A stretch of DNA of 64,000 bases, from the NCBI GenBank assembly GCA_963711895.1, contig CAVQFU010000008.1, positions 8,198-72,197 of the forward strand. Direction: 5' to 3'. Shown piece by piece: positions 56,138-64,000 of this stretch; the first letter of the stretch is position 1; the number at the start of each line of letters is the position of its first letter. Source of the DNA: an uncultured Acidobacteriota bacterium (GTDB lineage Bacteria > Actinomycetota > Acidimicrobiia > Spongiisociales > ZC4RG35). A model generated the notes under the pieces. The model made no database searches, was not told the DNA's origin, and saw nothing but the letters and a program-made list of their open reading frames with translations. The position numbers and the translations under genes were made by a program.

Positions 56138-56689
56138 GTGGCTCTGTGGCACGATGACGTCGTGGACGGAACTCTCGGTGGGCAACTTCTCGTAGCGACC
56201 CCATTGCTGGTCGACCCCAATTTCTGGAGATCGGTGGTGCTGATACTGCAGTACGACAAGGATGGCAGCGTCGGCGTTGTGCTCAATCGGCCCAGCATCG
56301 AACGGGTCGAGACCCATATCCCGGTGTGGGGGCCGGTCGCCGCCAAACCGGGGACAGTCCACTACGGCGGTCCCGTAGACCCACGTGTGGCGATCGGGCT
56401 CGCCACGGGGCAGGCCGGGGAGCCAACCGGAGTTCCGGGTCTCAGCATTGTCGACCTCGAGGCGGAGCCGGTTCAGGGGACGTCCGTCGTTCGCATCTAT
56501 TCGGGGTATGCCGGCTGGGGACAGGGCCAGTTGGAGATGGAAATCGCCGAAGGCTCCTGGTATGTGGTGCCGGCCTCGCCCGACGACCCCTTCGACCGGC
56601 CGGACGGCCAGTGGTCCCGGGTGCTGCGCCGTCAGCAGGGCCATCTCGCCCTGGTCTCCACATTCCCAGACGATGTCGACCTCAACTGA
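56138..56689 (+). CDS. YqgE/AlgH family protein
   Basis: LLVATPLLVDPNFWRSVVLILQYDKDGSVGVVLNRP. The start may instead be GTG 56159. Confidence 0.8.
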   Translation: MALWHDDVVDGTLGGQLLVATPLLVDPNFWRSVVLILQYDKDGSVGVVLNRPSIERVETHIPVWGPVAAKPGTVHYGGPVDPRVAIGLATGQAGEPTGVPGLSIVDLEAEPVQGTSVVRIYSGYAGWGQGQLEMEIAEGSWYVVPASPDDPFDRPDGQWSRVLRRQQGHLALVSTFPDDVDLN

Positions 56690-56728
56690 CCACCGTATCC
56701 ATGGCCTCCCGTCCTACCCTGGCCGGCG

Positions 56729-57430
56729 ATGACCACCACCGCTCCCAAGCTGCGGCCCAGCCTCAAGCGCAAGGCGCCAGGGCTGATCGTGGAGCGAGGT
56801 CTGCGGGACAGGGGCCTCGAGGTCGTGGTAGGGATGGACGAGGTAGGAAGGGGCTCCTGGGCCGGGCCGCTCACCGTGGGTGCAGCCATCGTGCCTCTCG
56901 ATCGTCGGGTCTACAAGATTCGGGACTCGAAGATGCTCACCGAGGACGAGCGCGAAGCGCTTTTCGACCGTATCGCCGAATGGTGCGATGCGTGGTCTGT
57001 AGGTCACGCCACGCCCGAGGAATGCGACACATTGGGAATGTCGGACGCGCAGAGACTGGCCGCCCAGCGAGCACTCGCCGGGCTGGGGGCGGTGCCGGAT
57101 CATGTCCTGCTCGACGGCAAATGGGATTTCGTCGGTGGAGCAACCCGCATCGTCAGGGGTGATCGCACTTCGCTCTCCATCGCTGCCGCCTCGATCCTGG
57201 CCAAGGTGACCAGGGACAGAATCATGCGAGAGAAGGCCGACCAGTACCCCGGCTACAACTTCGAGGCGAACAAGGGCTACCCGTGCCCGGTGCACAAGTC
57301 GGCTCTCCAGGCATGGGGGCCTTCGGCCATTCACCGCCGATCCTGGGTGTTCATGGACTACCTGATGTGGAACGGTTTGGAGCGTTATCACCGGCCCGAG
57401 CCGCAGATGGCGTTGCCTTTCGAGGACTGA
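56729..57430 (+). CDS. rnhB: ribonuclease HII
   Basis: GMDEVGRGSWAGPLTVGA catalytic motif. Confidence 0.9.
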   Translation: MTTTAPKLRPSLKRKAPGLIVERGLRDRGLEVVVGMDEVGRGSWAGPLTVGAAIVPLDRRVYKIRDSKMLTEDEREALFDRIAEWCDAWSVGHATPEECDTLGMSDAQRLAAQRALAGLGAVPDHVLLDGKWDFVGGATRIVRGDRTSLSIAAASILAKVTRDRIMREKADQYPGYNFEANKGYPCPVHKSALQAWGPSAIHRRSWVFMDYLMWNGLERYHRPEPQMALPFED

Positions 57431-57450
57431 CCGGCGAAGTCGGGAGACAA

Positions 57451-58689
57451 GTGCGCCTCACCGAATCGGACCAGGCGATGCTCCGCGGCGAGGCCGGAGA
57501 GGCCGCCAAGGTGGCCATGGAGTTGCTCGTGTCAGTCGGCGAGTCGGAGGATGCGCCGGCATTGCTAGACATCTCCGCCGCCCATATCGACGGCGGGCTG
57601 TACCACGGGCAAGCCGGCCTCGACTTCGCCCTCACGCTCCAGGAAGGCGGAGGCCGTGTGCTGGTGCCGACCACCTTGAACGTGTCGTCCCTCGATCTCC
57701 TCCATCCCGAGCTCTACCGGGGAGACGAGGAGACTGCGGTCGCTGCCCGCCGGCTCATGGACGCCTACGTGGACATGGGCTGCACCCCGAGCTGGACCTG
57801 CGCCCCTTATCAGCTGGCCCAGCGACCCGGGCTAGGCGACCAGATCGCATGGGGCGAGTCCAATGCGATCGTGTTCGCCAACTCGGTGCTGGGGGCGAGG
57901 ACGGCCCGGTACGGTGACTTCCTCGACATCTGCTGCGCCCTGACCGGCCGGGCACCGGCTGTCGGCCTCCACACCGATGAGGGCCGGTGGGCAACACTGA
58001 GGGTCGATCTCCAGGTGCCCGACGATCTTCTCGACGACGACCTGCTCTACCCGGTGTTGGGCCACCTGCTCGGCCAGGTCGCGGGAATCGAGACACCGGT
58101 GTTGGTCGGCCTCGACCACCGCGCCAACGAGGACCGGCTCAAGGCACTCGGGGCGGCAGCAGCCTCCTCAGGAGCGGTAGCCATGTTCCACGTGGTTGGG
58201 GTCACCCCCGAGGCAGCCACGACGGAGGAGGCGACGGGAGGGCTGGCGCCACAGCGCATCGTGGGCATCGATGTCGACGACTTGACCCGAGCCAGGGCAT
58301 CGCTGAATCAGGGGGAGGGCCCTCTGGGTGCCGTCAGCGTCGGCACCCCGCATTTCTCGGCGGGGGAGTTGGCGCTGTTGGCGGACATGGTGGAAGGGCA
58401 GTCGACGAGAGTCCCGTTCTATGTGAACACGTCGCGCGACGCCCTCTCGCAGGCCGAGGAGTCGGGCTCGATGGCCGGGATCGAGGGCTTCGGCGCCACG
58501 ATTGTCACCGACACCTGCACCTACATCACCCCGATCATGGACGACGTCGAGGGCGTGGTCATGACCAACTCCGCCAAATGGGCCTTCTACGCACCGGGGA
58601 ATCTCGGTGTCGACGTGGTCTTCGCCGGGCTCGCTGCCTGTGTCGCCTCGGCGGTGTCCGGTGAGCTGGTGATGGGGGAGGAGTGGTGA
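57451..58689 (+). CDS. aconitase X catalytic (large) subunit, DUF521
   Basis: VRLTESDQAMLRGEAGEA...ISAAHIDG...TCAPYQ...IAWGESNAIVFANSVLGARTARYG. GGGAGA SD before GTG 57451. Confidence 0.8.
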   Translation: MRLTESDQAMLRGEAGEAAKVAMELLVSVGESEDAPALLDISAAHIDGGLYHGQAGLDFALTLQEGGGRVLVPTTLNVSSLDLLHPELYRGDEETAVAARRLMDAYVDMGCTPSWTCAPYQLAQRPGLGDQIAWGESNAIVFANSVLGARTARYGDFLDICCALTGRAPAVGLHTDEGRWATLRVDLQVPDDLLDDDLLYPVLGHLLGQVAGIETPVLVGLDHRANEDRLKALGAAAASSGAVAMFHVVGVTPEAATTEEATGGLAPQRIVGIDVDDLTRARASLNQGEGPLGAVSVGTPHFSAGELALLADMVEGQSTRVPFYVNTSRDALSQAEESGSMAGIEGFGATIVTDTCTYITPIMDDVEGVVMTNSAKWAFYAPGNLGVDVVFAGLAACVASAVSGELVMGEEW

Positions 58690-59093
58690 GCGACGCCGAG
58701 TTCAGATCCTTGGTAGAAGGCACTGCGATGGGTGACCTGCTCCGTCTCACCGAGCCTCTGTCGCTGTGGGGTGGTCTCGATCCCGAGACCGGCCTGATCA
58801 TCGACCGGAATCACCCCCAGCTCGGGCAGAGCATGACCGGCGCCATCGTCGCCATGCCGCACGGCCGGGGCTCCAGTTCGTCCTCCTCGGTGCTGGCCGA
58901 GGCCCTGCGACGAGGGACAGGGCCAGCGGGATTCGTGCTCGAGTCACCCGACTCGATACTGGTGATCGGGTCCCTGGTAGCCAGGTTTCTGTACGGGAGG
59001 GTTTGCCCCATTGCTTGTGGCGTGTTGCCGGCCGGTTCGACAGGGCTATGGAGGATCGACCAGAATCACGTCTCGCCCGTTCCAGGACCGTAG
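58683..59093 (+). CDS. aconitase X swivel (small) subunit, DUF126
   Basis: PLSLWGGLDPETGLIIDRNHP...MPHGRGSSSSSSVLAEA. Overlaps the large-subunit stop. Confidence 0.8.
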   Translation: MVSDAEFRSLVEGTAMGDLLRLTEPLSLWGGLDPETGLIIDRNHPQLGQSMTGAIVAMPHGRGSSSSSSVLAEALRRGTGPAGFVLESPDSILVIGSLVARFLYGRVCPIACGVLPAGSTGLWRIDQNHVSPVPGP

Positions 59094-59156
59094 ATTCCCT
59101 CTACGCCGGGTGCTCATGTGTGCAGAAATCTCGCCAATTTGCCGATGGATGCGTGA

Positions 59157-60176
59157 ATGAACGGCTTTGACGAGCTGAAATCGTTCTTCAAGAGGATGCC
59201 AGTCGCTTTCTATCGCACGTCTACGACGGGCGAGTTGATCGCGGCCAATCCCGCGCTGGCCGGCATCCTCGGATATGACTCAGTCGAGGAGATGATGGCG
59301 CTGCTGCCCACCGTCGACACCATCTACATGGATCCGGCGCAGCGAGCCGACTGGCTGCAGCGGATCGCCACCGAAGGCGTGATCCTCGATTTCGACGTCC
59401 AGCTGTCCCGCCCTGACGGCAGCACGATCTGGGTTCGTGACTCGGCCCGGGCGATAAGGGACGACAAAGGGCTGATCCTGTATTACGAGGGATCCCTGAT
59501 CGACGTGACGGACAAATTCGAAGCGAGCAGGGCCAAGGACGATTTCATCGCCACGGTCTCTCACGAGCTGCGCAATCCGCTGGCCGCCATGCTCGGTCTC
59601 GGCCAGGAGCTCGCCGACCACTACGACACCTTCACCGACGAGGAGCGGCGAGACATGGCCCAAATGATCGCCCGCCAGGCCGACGATGCCTCGTGGCTGA
59701 TCGAAGACCTGCTCGTCGCCTATCGGGACAACCTGAGCCAGGTGTCGGTCGCGCTGCAGGAGTTCGACGTCACGAAGGAGATCGAGCGAGTCCTCGAGGT
59801 CGTCGACTACCCGATCGACATCAAAGTCCTACACGGCTCGTCCCGGATGGTGGCCGACCCCCGGCGGACCCGGCAGATCCTGCGCAACCTCGTCTCCAAC
59901 GCGATGCGATACGGGGGCGAACAGATCCAGATCAGCCTGGCCAAGGCCGGCGATCGTCTCGAGGTAAAGATCCAGGACTCGGGAAAGCCGATTCCCGATA
60001 GCGATGTCGAGCGCATATTCCGGGCGTATGAGCGGGGGAGAGGCACACCTCACTCTGCATCTGTCGGTCTCGGCCTCAACGTCGCCCGTCGTCTCGCCCG
60101 GCTCATGGACGGCGACCTCACCTACCGGCACGAGGATGGATGGTCGGAGTTCGTCCTTTCCCTTCCTTCGGCTTGA
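59157..60176 (+). CDS. soluble PAS-domain sensor histidine kinase
   Basis: An N-terminal PAS-like region, H-box SHELRNPLAAM and an HATPase region (GLGLNVARRL). No TM helices. Confidence 0.8.
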   Translation: MNGFDELKSFFKRMPVAFYRTSTTGELIAANPALAGILGYDSVEEMMALLPTVDTIYMDPAQRADWLQRIATEGVILDFDVQLSRPDGSTIWVRDSARAIRDDKGLILYYEGSLIDVTDKFEASRAKDDFIATVSHELRNPLAAMLGLGQELADHYDTFTDEERRDMAQMIARQADDASWLIEDLLVAYRDNLSQVSVALQEFDVTKEIERVLEVVDYPIDIKVLHGSSRMVADPRRTRQILRNLVSNAMRYGGEQIQISLAKAGDRLEVKIQDSGKPIPDSDVERIFRAYERGRGTPHSASVGLGLNVARRLARLMDGDLTYRHEDGWSEFVLSLPSA

Positions 60177-60202
60177 TGCCGGGACCCACCTACCATCACT
60201 GA

Positions 60203-61207
60203 ATGCGCGTACTCGTAACAGGCGGAGCCGGGTTCATCGGCAGCCATACAGTGGTCTCGTTGATCGAGGCGGGTCACGAGCCGGTGATCGTCGACAACCT
60301 CGTCAATGCCAAGCACTCGGTGATTAGCCGGATCGGGCGCATTGCCGGTCCTGAGCCTGAGTTCGTCGAGGCAGATGTCCGCGACCTGGATGCCATGGAG
60401 AAGGTCCTTCAGTCGGGATTCGACGCCTGCATCCACTTTGCCGCCTTGAAGGCGGTTGGTGAGTCGGTCGAGAAGCCCCTCCTCTATTACGACAACAATG
60501 TCGGGGGCACTTTCGCCCTGCTCGAGGCGCTGAGCGGCGCCGAGGTGAAGACATTCGTTTTCAGTTCGTCGGCCACGGTTTATGGCGACCCCGACCCCGC
60601 GTCGCTTCCCCTGCTGGAGTCGACACCGATCGGCGCAGCGACCAATCCGTACGGCTGGAGCAAGATCATGATGGAACAGATCCTCCGTGACGTGCAGGTG
60701 TCCGACCCGGAGTGGTCGGTTTCGTTGCTCCGATATTTCAATCCGGTCGGAGCCCACCAGTCAGGGTTGCTCGGTGAGGACCCCTCCGGCATTCCCAACA
60801 ACCTCATGCCCTATGTGGCCAAAGTCGCCTCCGGCGAGCTGGCCAAGGTCAAGGTGTTCGGCAACGACTACCCGACGCCGGACGGCACCGGAGTCAGGGA
60901 CTTCGTTCACGTCATGGATCTGGCCGAGGGCCATGTGGCAGCGCTGGAGAAGCGGGCCGGTGAGCAAGGTGTCTTCACGTACAACCTGGGGACCGGGGAG
61001 GGTCACAGCGTCCTCGAAGTCATCTCCGCCTACGAACGTCAGTCCGGCAAGCCCATCCCCTACGAGGTCGTCGGGCGCCGGGCAGGTGATGTAGCTGCCA
61101 ACTGGGCGAGTGTGGAGAAAGCGCGAGTCGAACTCGACTGGGAGACAACCCGAGACCTCGACGACATGTGCGCAGACTCCTGGCGCTGGCAGCAGAGCTC
61201 TCGCTGA
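60203..61207 (+). CDS. galE: UDP-glucose 4-epimerase
   Basis: MRVLVTGGAGFIGSH and the YGWSK catalytic motif. Confidence 0.9.
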   Translation: MRVLVTGGAGFIGSHTVVSLIEAGHEPVIVDNLVNAKHSVISRIGRIAGPEPEFVEADVRDLDAMEKVLQSGFDACIHFAALKAVGESVEKPLLYYDNNVGGTFALLEALSGAEVKTFVFSSSATVYGDPDPASLPLLESTPIGAATNPYGWSKIMMEQILRDVQVSDPEWSVSLLRYFNPVGAHQSGLLGEDPSGIPNNLMPYVAKVASGELAKVKVFGNDYPTPDGTGVRDFVHVMDLAEGHVAALEKRAGEQGVFTYNLGTGEGHSVLEVISAYERQSGKPIPYEVVGRRAGDVAANWASVEKARVELDWETTRDLDDMCADSWRWQQSSR

Positions 61208-61232
61208 CCGATCCGTTTAGCCTCGCCGCTGC

Positions 61233-62954
61233 GTGGACGACTTCCCGGTGAATGATCTCATTGGGGCGGCCCGGCGCTGGATCGAGGGCGACCCCGATCC
61301 GGCGACCCGGCATGCCCTGCAGGACCTGGTCGACACCGACGATCAGGACGGGTTGGCCGATGCGATGGGTGAGCCACTCACCTTCGGGACGGCCGGGATC
61401 CGGGGTGAGGTAGGAGCCGGCTCGGGGCGGATGAATCGGGCGACCGTCATCCGCACAACTCGAGGGCTCGCCGACTATCTCATCGCCAAGCACGACGGGC
61501 CTCCCGTGCAGCCGGTTGCCCTGGGCTACGACGCTCGGCCGGACAGCTTCACGTTTGCCGAAGACGCCGCCGGGGTGTTCGCCGCGGCCGGCATAGCCGT
61601 CAGGTTCTTTCCGCAGGTCACCCCGACGCCGCTGGTCGCCTTCGCCGCCAAGCACCTCGATGCCCCGGCCGCGGTGGTGATCACGGCCAGTCACAACCCG
61701 CCCGCCGACAATGGCTACAAGGTCTATGACGGCAACGCCGCACAGATCATCCCCCCGACCGACGCCGAGATCGCTGCGGCGATCGCACGGGTAGGCCCCG
61801 CCACCGATGTGCCGCGAGTCGATCGGGCGTTTCACGGCGGTTCGGACCTGGTGACTTCGATGCCTGAGGACATCCTGGATGCCTACAGAGCCGAACTGGA
61901 TTCCGCCCGTCCCAACCCGCAGACCTCCGATCTGAAGATCGTCTACACCCCGCTCCACGGCGTGGGTGGCGAGACGCTGGCCCGGCTCTTCGTCTGGGCG
62001 AATCACCGCGGCTTGACATCGGTCCCTGAGCAGGCCCGGCCCGATGGTGCATTCCCAACGGTCACGTTCCCGAACCCGGAGGAGCCGGGCGCGCTCGATC
62101 TCGCCCTGAAACTGGCAAGAGAAGTCGGCGCAGATCTGCTGTTGGCCAACGACCCGGATGCCGACCGCCTCGCCTCTGCTGTACCCACGACGGGGGAGTG
62201 GCGGCTGCTCAGCGGCAACGAGCTCGGCAGCCTGCTCGGCGATTACGTGCTGCGCTACTGGCGCCATCCCGAGTCGCCGATCGTCGTCAACTCGATCGTG
62301 TCGAGCCCGATGCTGGGGCAGATCGCCAGTCGGCGCGGGGCAGTCCATGAGACGACGCTGACCGGCTTCAAATGGATCATCAATGCTGGTCTGGCCCTCG
62401 AGAACAGGGGAGTGGGACGATTCGCCTTCGGCTATGAGGAGGCGCTCGGTTACTCGGTAGGTCAGACGGTTCGTGACAAGGACGGGCTTAGTGCCGCCGT
62501 AGTGATGGCAGATCTCGCCGCCGAGGAAGCCGCCGCCGGGCGGGGCGTGCTCGATCGACTCCATGATCTGTGGGATGAAGTGGGCCTGTGGGTCAGCGCC
62601 CAGCATTCGATCGTCAGGGCCGGACCGGAGGGACAGGCGGCATTGTTGGGGGCCGTTGATCGACTCGGAAACGCCCCTCCTTCCACCGTGGATGGCCTCG
62701 AGGTAACCGGGATGATCGACTATCGGACAGGCCAGGAGGAGCGGCCCATGTGGCTGGGGGAGCAGGATCTGATCGAACTGTCACTGGGTGATTCGGGCCG
62801 GGTCCTGGTCAGGCCGAGCGGCACCGAGCCCAAGCTCAAGATCTATGTCGACCTGTCCGGCCCCGCCGGATCCGACCACGACGCCGCACACCAGAGATTC
62901 CTGGCCAATGCCGAGTCATTGGCCCGGGCAGTGGGGGAGTGGCTCGAGGTCTGA
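61233..62954 (+). CDS. phospho-sugar mutase (phosphoglucomutase/phosphomannomutase family)
   Basis: Active-site loop ITASHNPPADNGYKVY, metal loop NDPDADR, C-terminal RPSGTEPKLK. Confidence 0.85.
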   Translation: MDDFPVNDLIGAARRWIEGDPDPATRHALQDLVDTDDQDGLADAMGEPLTFGTAGIRGEVGAGSGRMNRATVIRTTRGLADYLIAKHDGPPVQPVALGYDARPDSFTFAEDAAGVFAAAGIAVRFFPQVTPTPLVAFAAKHLDAPAAVVITASHNPPADNGYKVYDGNAAQIIPPTDAEIAAAIARVGPATDVPRVDRAFHGGSDLVTSMPEDILDAYRAELDSARPNPQTSDLKIVYTPLHGVGGETLARLFVWANHRGLTSVPEQARPDGAFPTVTFPNPEEPGALDLALKLAREVGADLLLANDPDADRLASAVPTTGEWRLLSGNELGSLLGDYVLRYWRHPESPIVVNSIVSSPMLGQIASRRGAVHETTLTGFKWIINAGLALENRGVGRFAFGYEEALGYSVGQTVRDKDGLSAAVVMADLAAEEAAAGRGVLDRLHDLWDEVGLWVSAQHSIVRAGPEGQAALLGAVDRLGNAPPSTVDGLEVTGMIDYRTGQEERPMWLGEQDLIELSLGDSGRVLVRPSGTEPKLKIYVDLSGPAGSDHDAAHQRFLANAESLARAVGEWLEV

Positions 62955-62961
62955 CGCCTGA

Positions 62962-63171
62962 TCAGTGCGGAGAGCGCCGAAGATGCTCTCGGTATAGGTA
63001 CAGCCATCCCAAGCCGTGGATCGCGACTCCGACCAACAACACCACTGTTACCAGCGGATATCCGGCGATGAGCCCGGCGAGAGCGGCGACAACGGCGAAG
63101 CAAACGAGGGCAACACGGACGCCGTTGAGCGGGCCGAACATGCTGCAGAGCATACCGGTTTGACCCTGCAC
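62962..63171 (-). CDS. small two-TM membrane protein (hypothetical)
   Basis: ...VRVALVCFAVVAALAGLIAGYPLVTVVLLVGVAIHGLGWLYLY.... Possible starts are GTG 63171, ATG 63153 and ATG 63141. Confidence 0.4.
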   Translation of the reverse strand: MQGQTGMLCSMFGPLNGVRVALVCFAVVAALAGLIAGYPLVTVVLLVGVAIHGLGWLYLYREHLRRSPH

Positions 63172-63191
63172 CGGGTTTAACCTGAGAGGGA

Positions 63192-64000
63192 ATGCGGTCC
63201 CTGCTCATGGTTCTCGTCGTCCTCATCGGGGCCTGCTCCGGAAACGCCGGGGCCGATGTCACAGCGGGTCCCACCACGAGCGCGACATCGACGAGCACCA
63301 CCACGACGACGGTTCCCACGACCACCACCACCGAGCCGACTCTCACCTTTCCGGAGGTAGCGAGGGCCCTGGTCACACCCACAGGTGTTGTGGTCTCGAT
63401 CGTGGAGGAAACGACGACCGGGTACCTGGTCACTACCCCTTGCGGCAACGAGGCGATCGTGCAAGGTGGCACAACGCTGGGAACGACGCAGGTAGTCATC
63501 GACCCCGGGCATGGAGGTGAGGTGGACACCGGGGCGGTCGGGGCGAACGGCCTGATGGAGAAACACCTCAATCTCGAAGTGTCTCAGGCCCTCGAGGCCG
63601 ATTTGATCGTCCGGGGCATCAATGTCCTGCTCACCCGGACCTCCGACTACGCCTCGAGGCTGGGAGTCAGGGCCGGGCTGGCCGATCGGGTAAACGCCGA
63701 CCTCCTCATCTCGGTCCATCACAACGCGCCCACACCGGCCCCGTCGCCCACCCCTGGGACGGAAGTGTTCATCCAGAGCACGTCAGAGGCCTCGAGGCGG
63801 CTGGGCGGGCTGGTGTGGGGCCAGGTCATGGCCGCACTGTCCGACTTCGAGGTCGAGTGGACGGCTGCACCCGATGCCGGCGTGCTGACAGTCCTGAGCA
63901 CGCGGGGCAATGATGCATACGGGATGATCAGCGGGCCCCGCACCGTGAGCGTCCTCGCCGAGCTCGCGTACATCTCTAATCCGGCAGAGGCGGAGCTGTT
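63192..64000 (+). CDS. N-acetylmuramoyl-L-alanine amidase lipoprotein (Amidase_3), 3' end beyond the window; absent from the ORF track
   Basis: Translated by hand: MRSLLMVLVVLIGACSG (lipobox), a Thr-rich linker, VVIDPGHGGEVDTGAVG...LLISVHHNA...LAELAYISNPAEAEL. No stop codon occurs before 64000. Confidence 0.8.
   Translation, partial: MRSLLMVLVVLIGACSGNAGADVTAGPTTSATSTSTTTTTVPTTTTTEPTLTFPEVARALVTPTGVVVSIVEETTTGYLVTTPCGNEAIVQGGTTLGTTQVVIDPGHGGEVDTGAVGANGLMEKHLNLEVSQALEADLIVRGINVLLTRTSDYASRLGVRAGLADRVNADLLISVHHNAPTPAPSPTPGTEVFIQSTSEASRRLGGLVWGQVMAALSDFEVEWTAAPDAGVLTVLSTRGNDAYGMISGPRTVSVLAELAYISNPAEAEL

Noticed and set aside
56093-56644. Upstream 184 codons of the minus-strand ORF 55058..56644 (tdh frame).
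   Set aside because: Tdh homology begins at MRALVKH (ATG 56092). The upstream part is antisense to the well-supported YqgE/AlgH gene on the + strand.
61020-62606. 528-aa minus-strand ORF antisense to the phosphosugar mutase. There are similar long antisense or alternative-frame ORFs at 9357..10376, 10519..11583, 15721..17013, 26267..27433, 27792..28790, 35647..36483, 55151..56107 and 45048..45776.
   Set aside because: Each fully overlaps a + or - strand gene that has clear family motifs. They are Arg/Gly/Pro/Asp-rich with no motifs, which marks them as GC-driven artefacts.

Overview
This is a GC-rich, very gene-dense chromosomal core segment. Gene order closely follows mycobacterial and other actinobacterial core synteny, so I infer an actinobacterium, possibly a streamlined Acidimicrobiia-type lineage. 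I call about 79 CDS (about 70 on the + strand), one frameshifted gene, 2 tRNAs, one strong intrinsic terminator and a few regulatory-looking elements. I see no rRNA, CRISPR array, transposase, phage integrase or other mobile element. Main blocks in order:
- secG and tRNA-Leu.
- A complete, contiguous Pup-proteasome locus (trmI[frameshifted]-arc-dop-pup-prcB-prcA-pafA-pafB-pafC), followed by tat genes and helY.
- A lipid kinase, DUF4193, a mannosyltransferase, GNAT, NUDIX, an M20 peptidase and a HAD hydrolase.
- tlyA-nadK-recN-pyrG.
- ald-xerD-(Zn finger)-(HD)-scpA-scpB-rluB-aroA-cmk-ispH-der.
- A four-gene ABC importer.
- gpx placed directly behind tRNA-Pro.
- pgsA-gcvH-FHA-MerR-dac-hpt-nuclease-MerR-x-gcvT.
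- tdh, rnhB, a split aconitase X, a soluble PAS histidine kinase, galE and a phosphosugar mutase.
- A cell-wall amidase that runs off the window end and is therefore missing from the ORF track.
Most long minus-strand ORFs in the track are GC-driven antisense artefacts. I do not see a clear-cut novel multi-gene system. The most unusual observations are:
- A tRNA-Pro whose CCA end directly abuts the gpx start codon.
- Two genes whose coding sequence extends upstream of any ATG/GTG/TTG and begins at a CTG inside a CTGA stop-start overlap (tlyA, and a nuclease-fold ORF before gcvT).
- A 1-nt frameshift in trmI.
- A split AcnX pair in an uninformative context.
- A Zn-ribbon ORF inside the pupylation/Tat locus.
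- Several unlisted hydrophobic small ORFs that are translationally coupled to core genes.
- A G6/C6-tract structure that could mask the helY ribosome-binding site.
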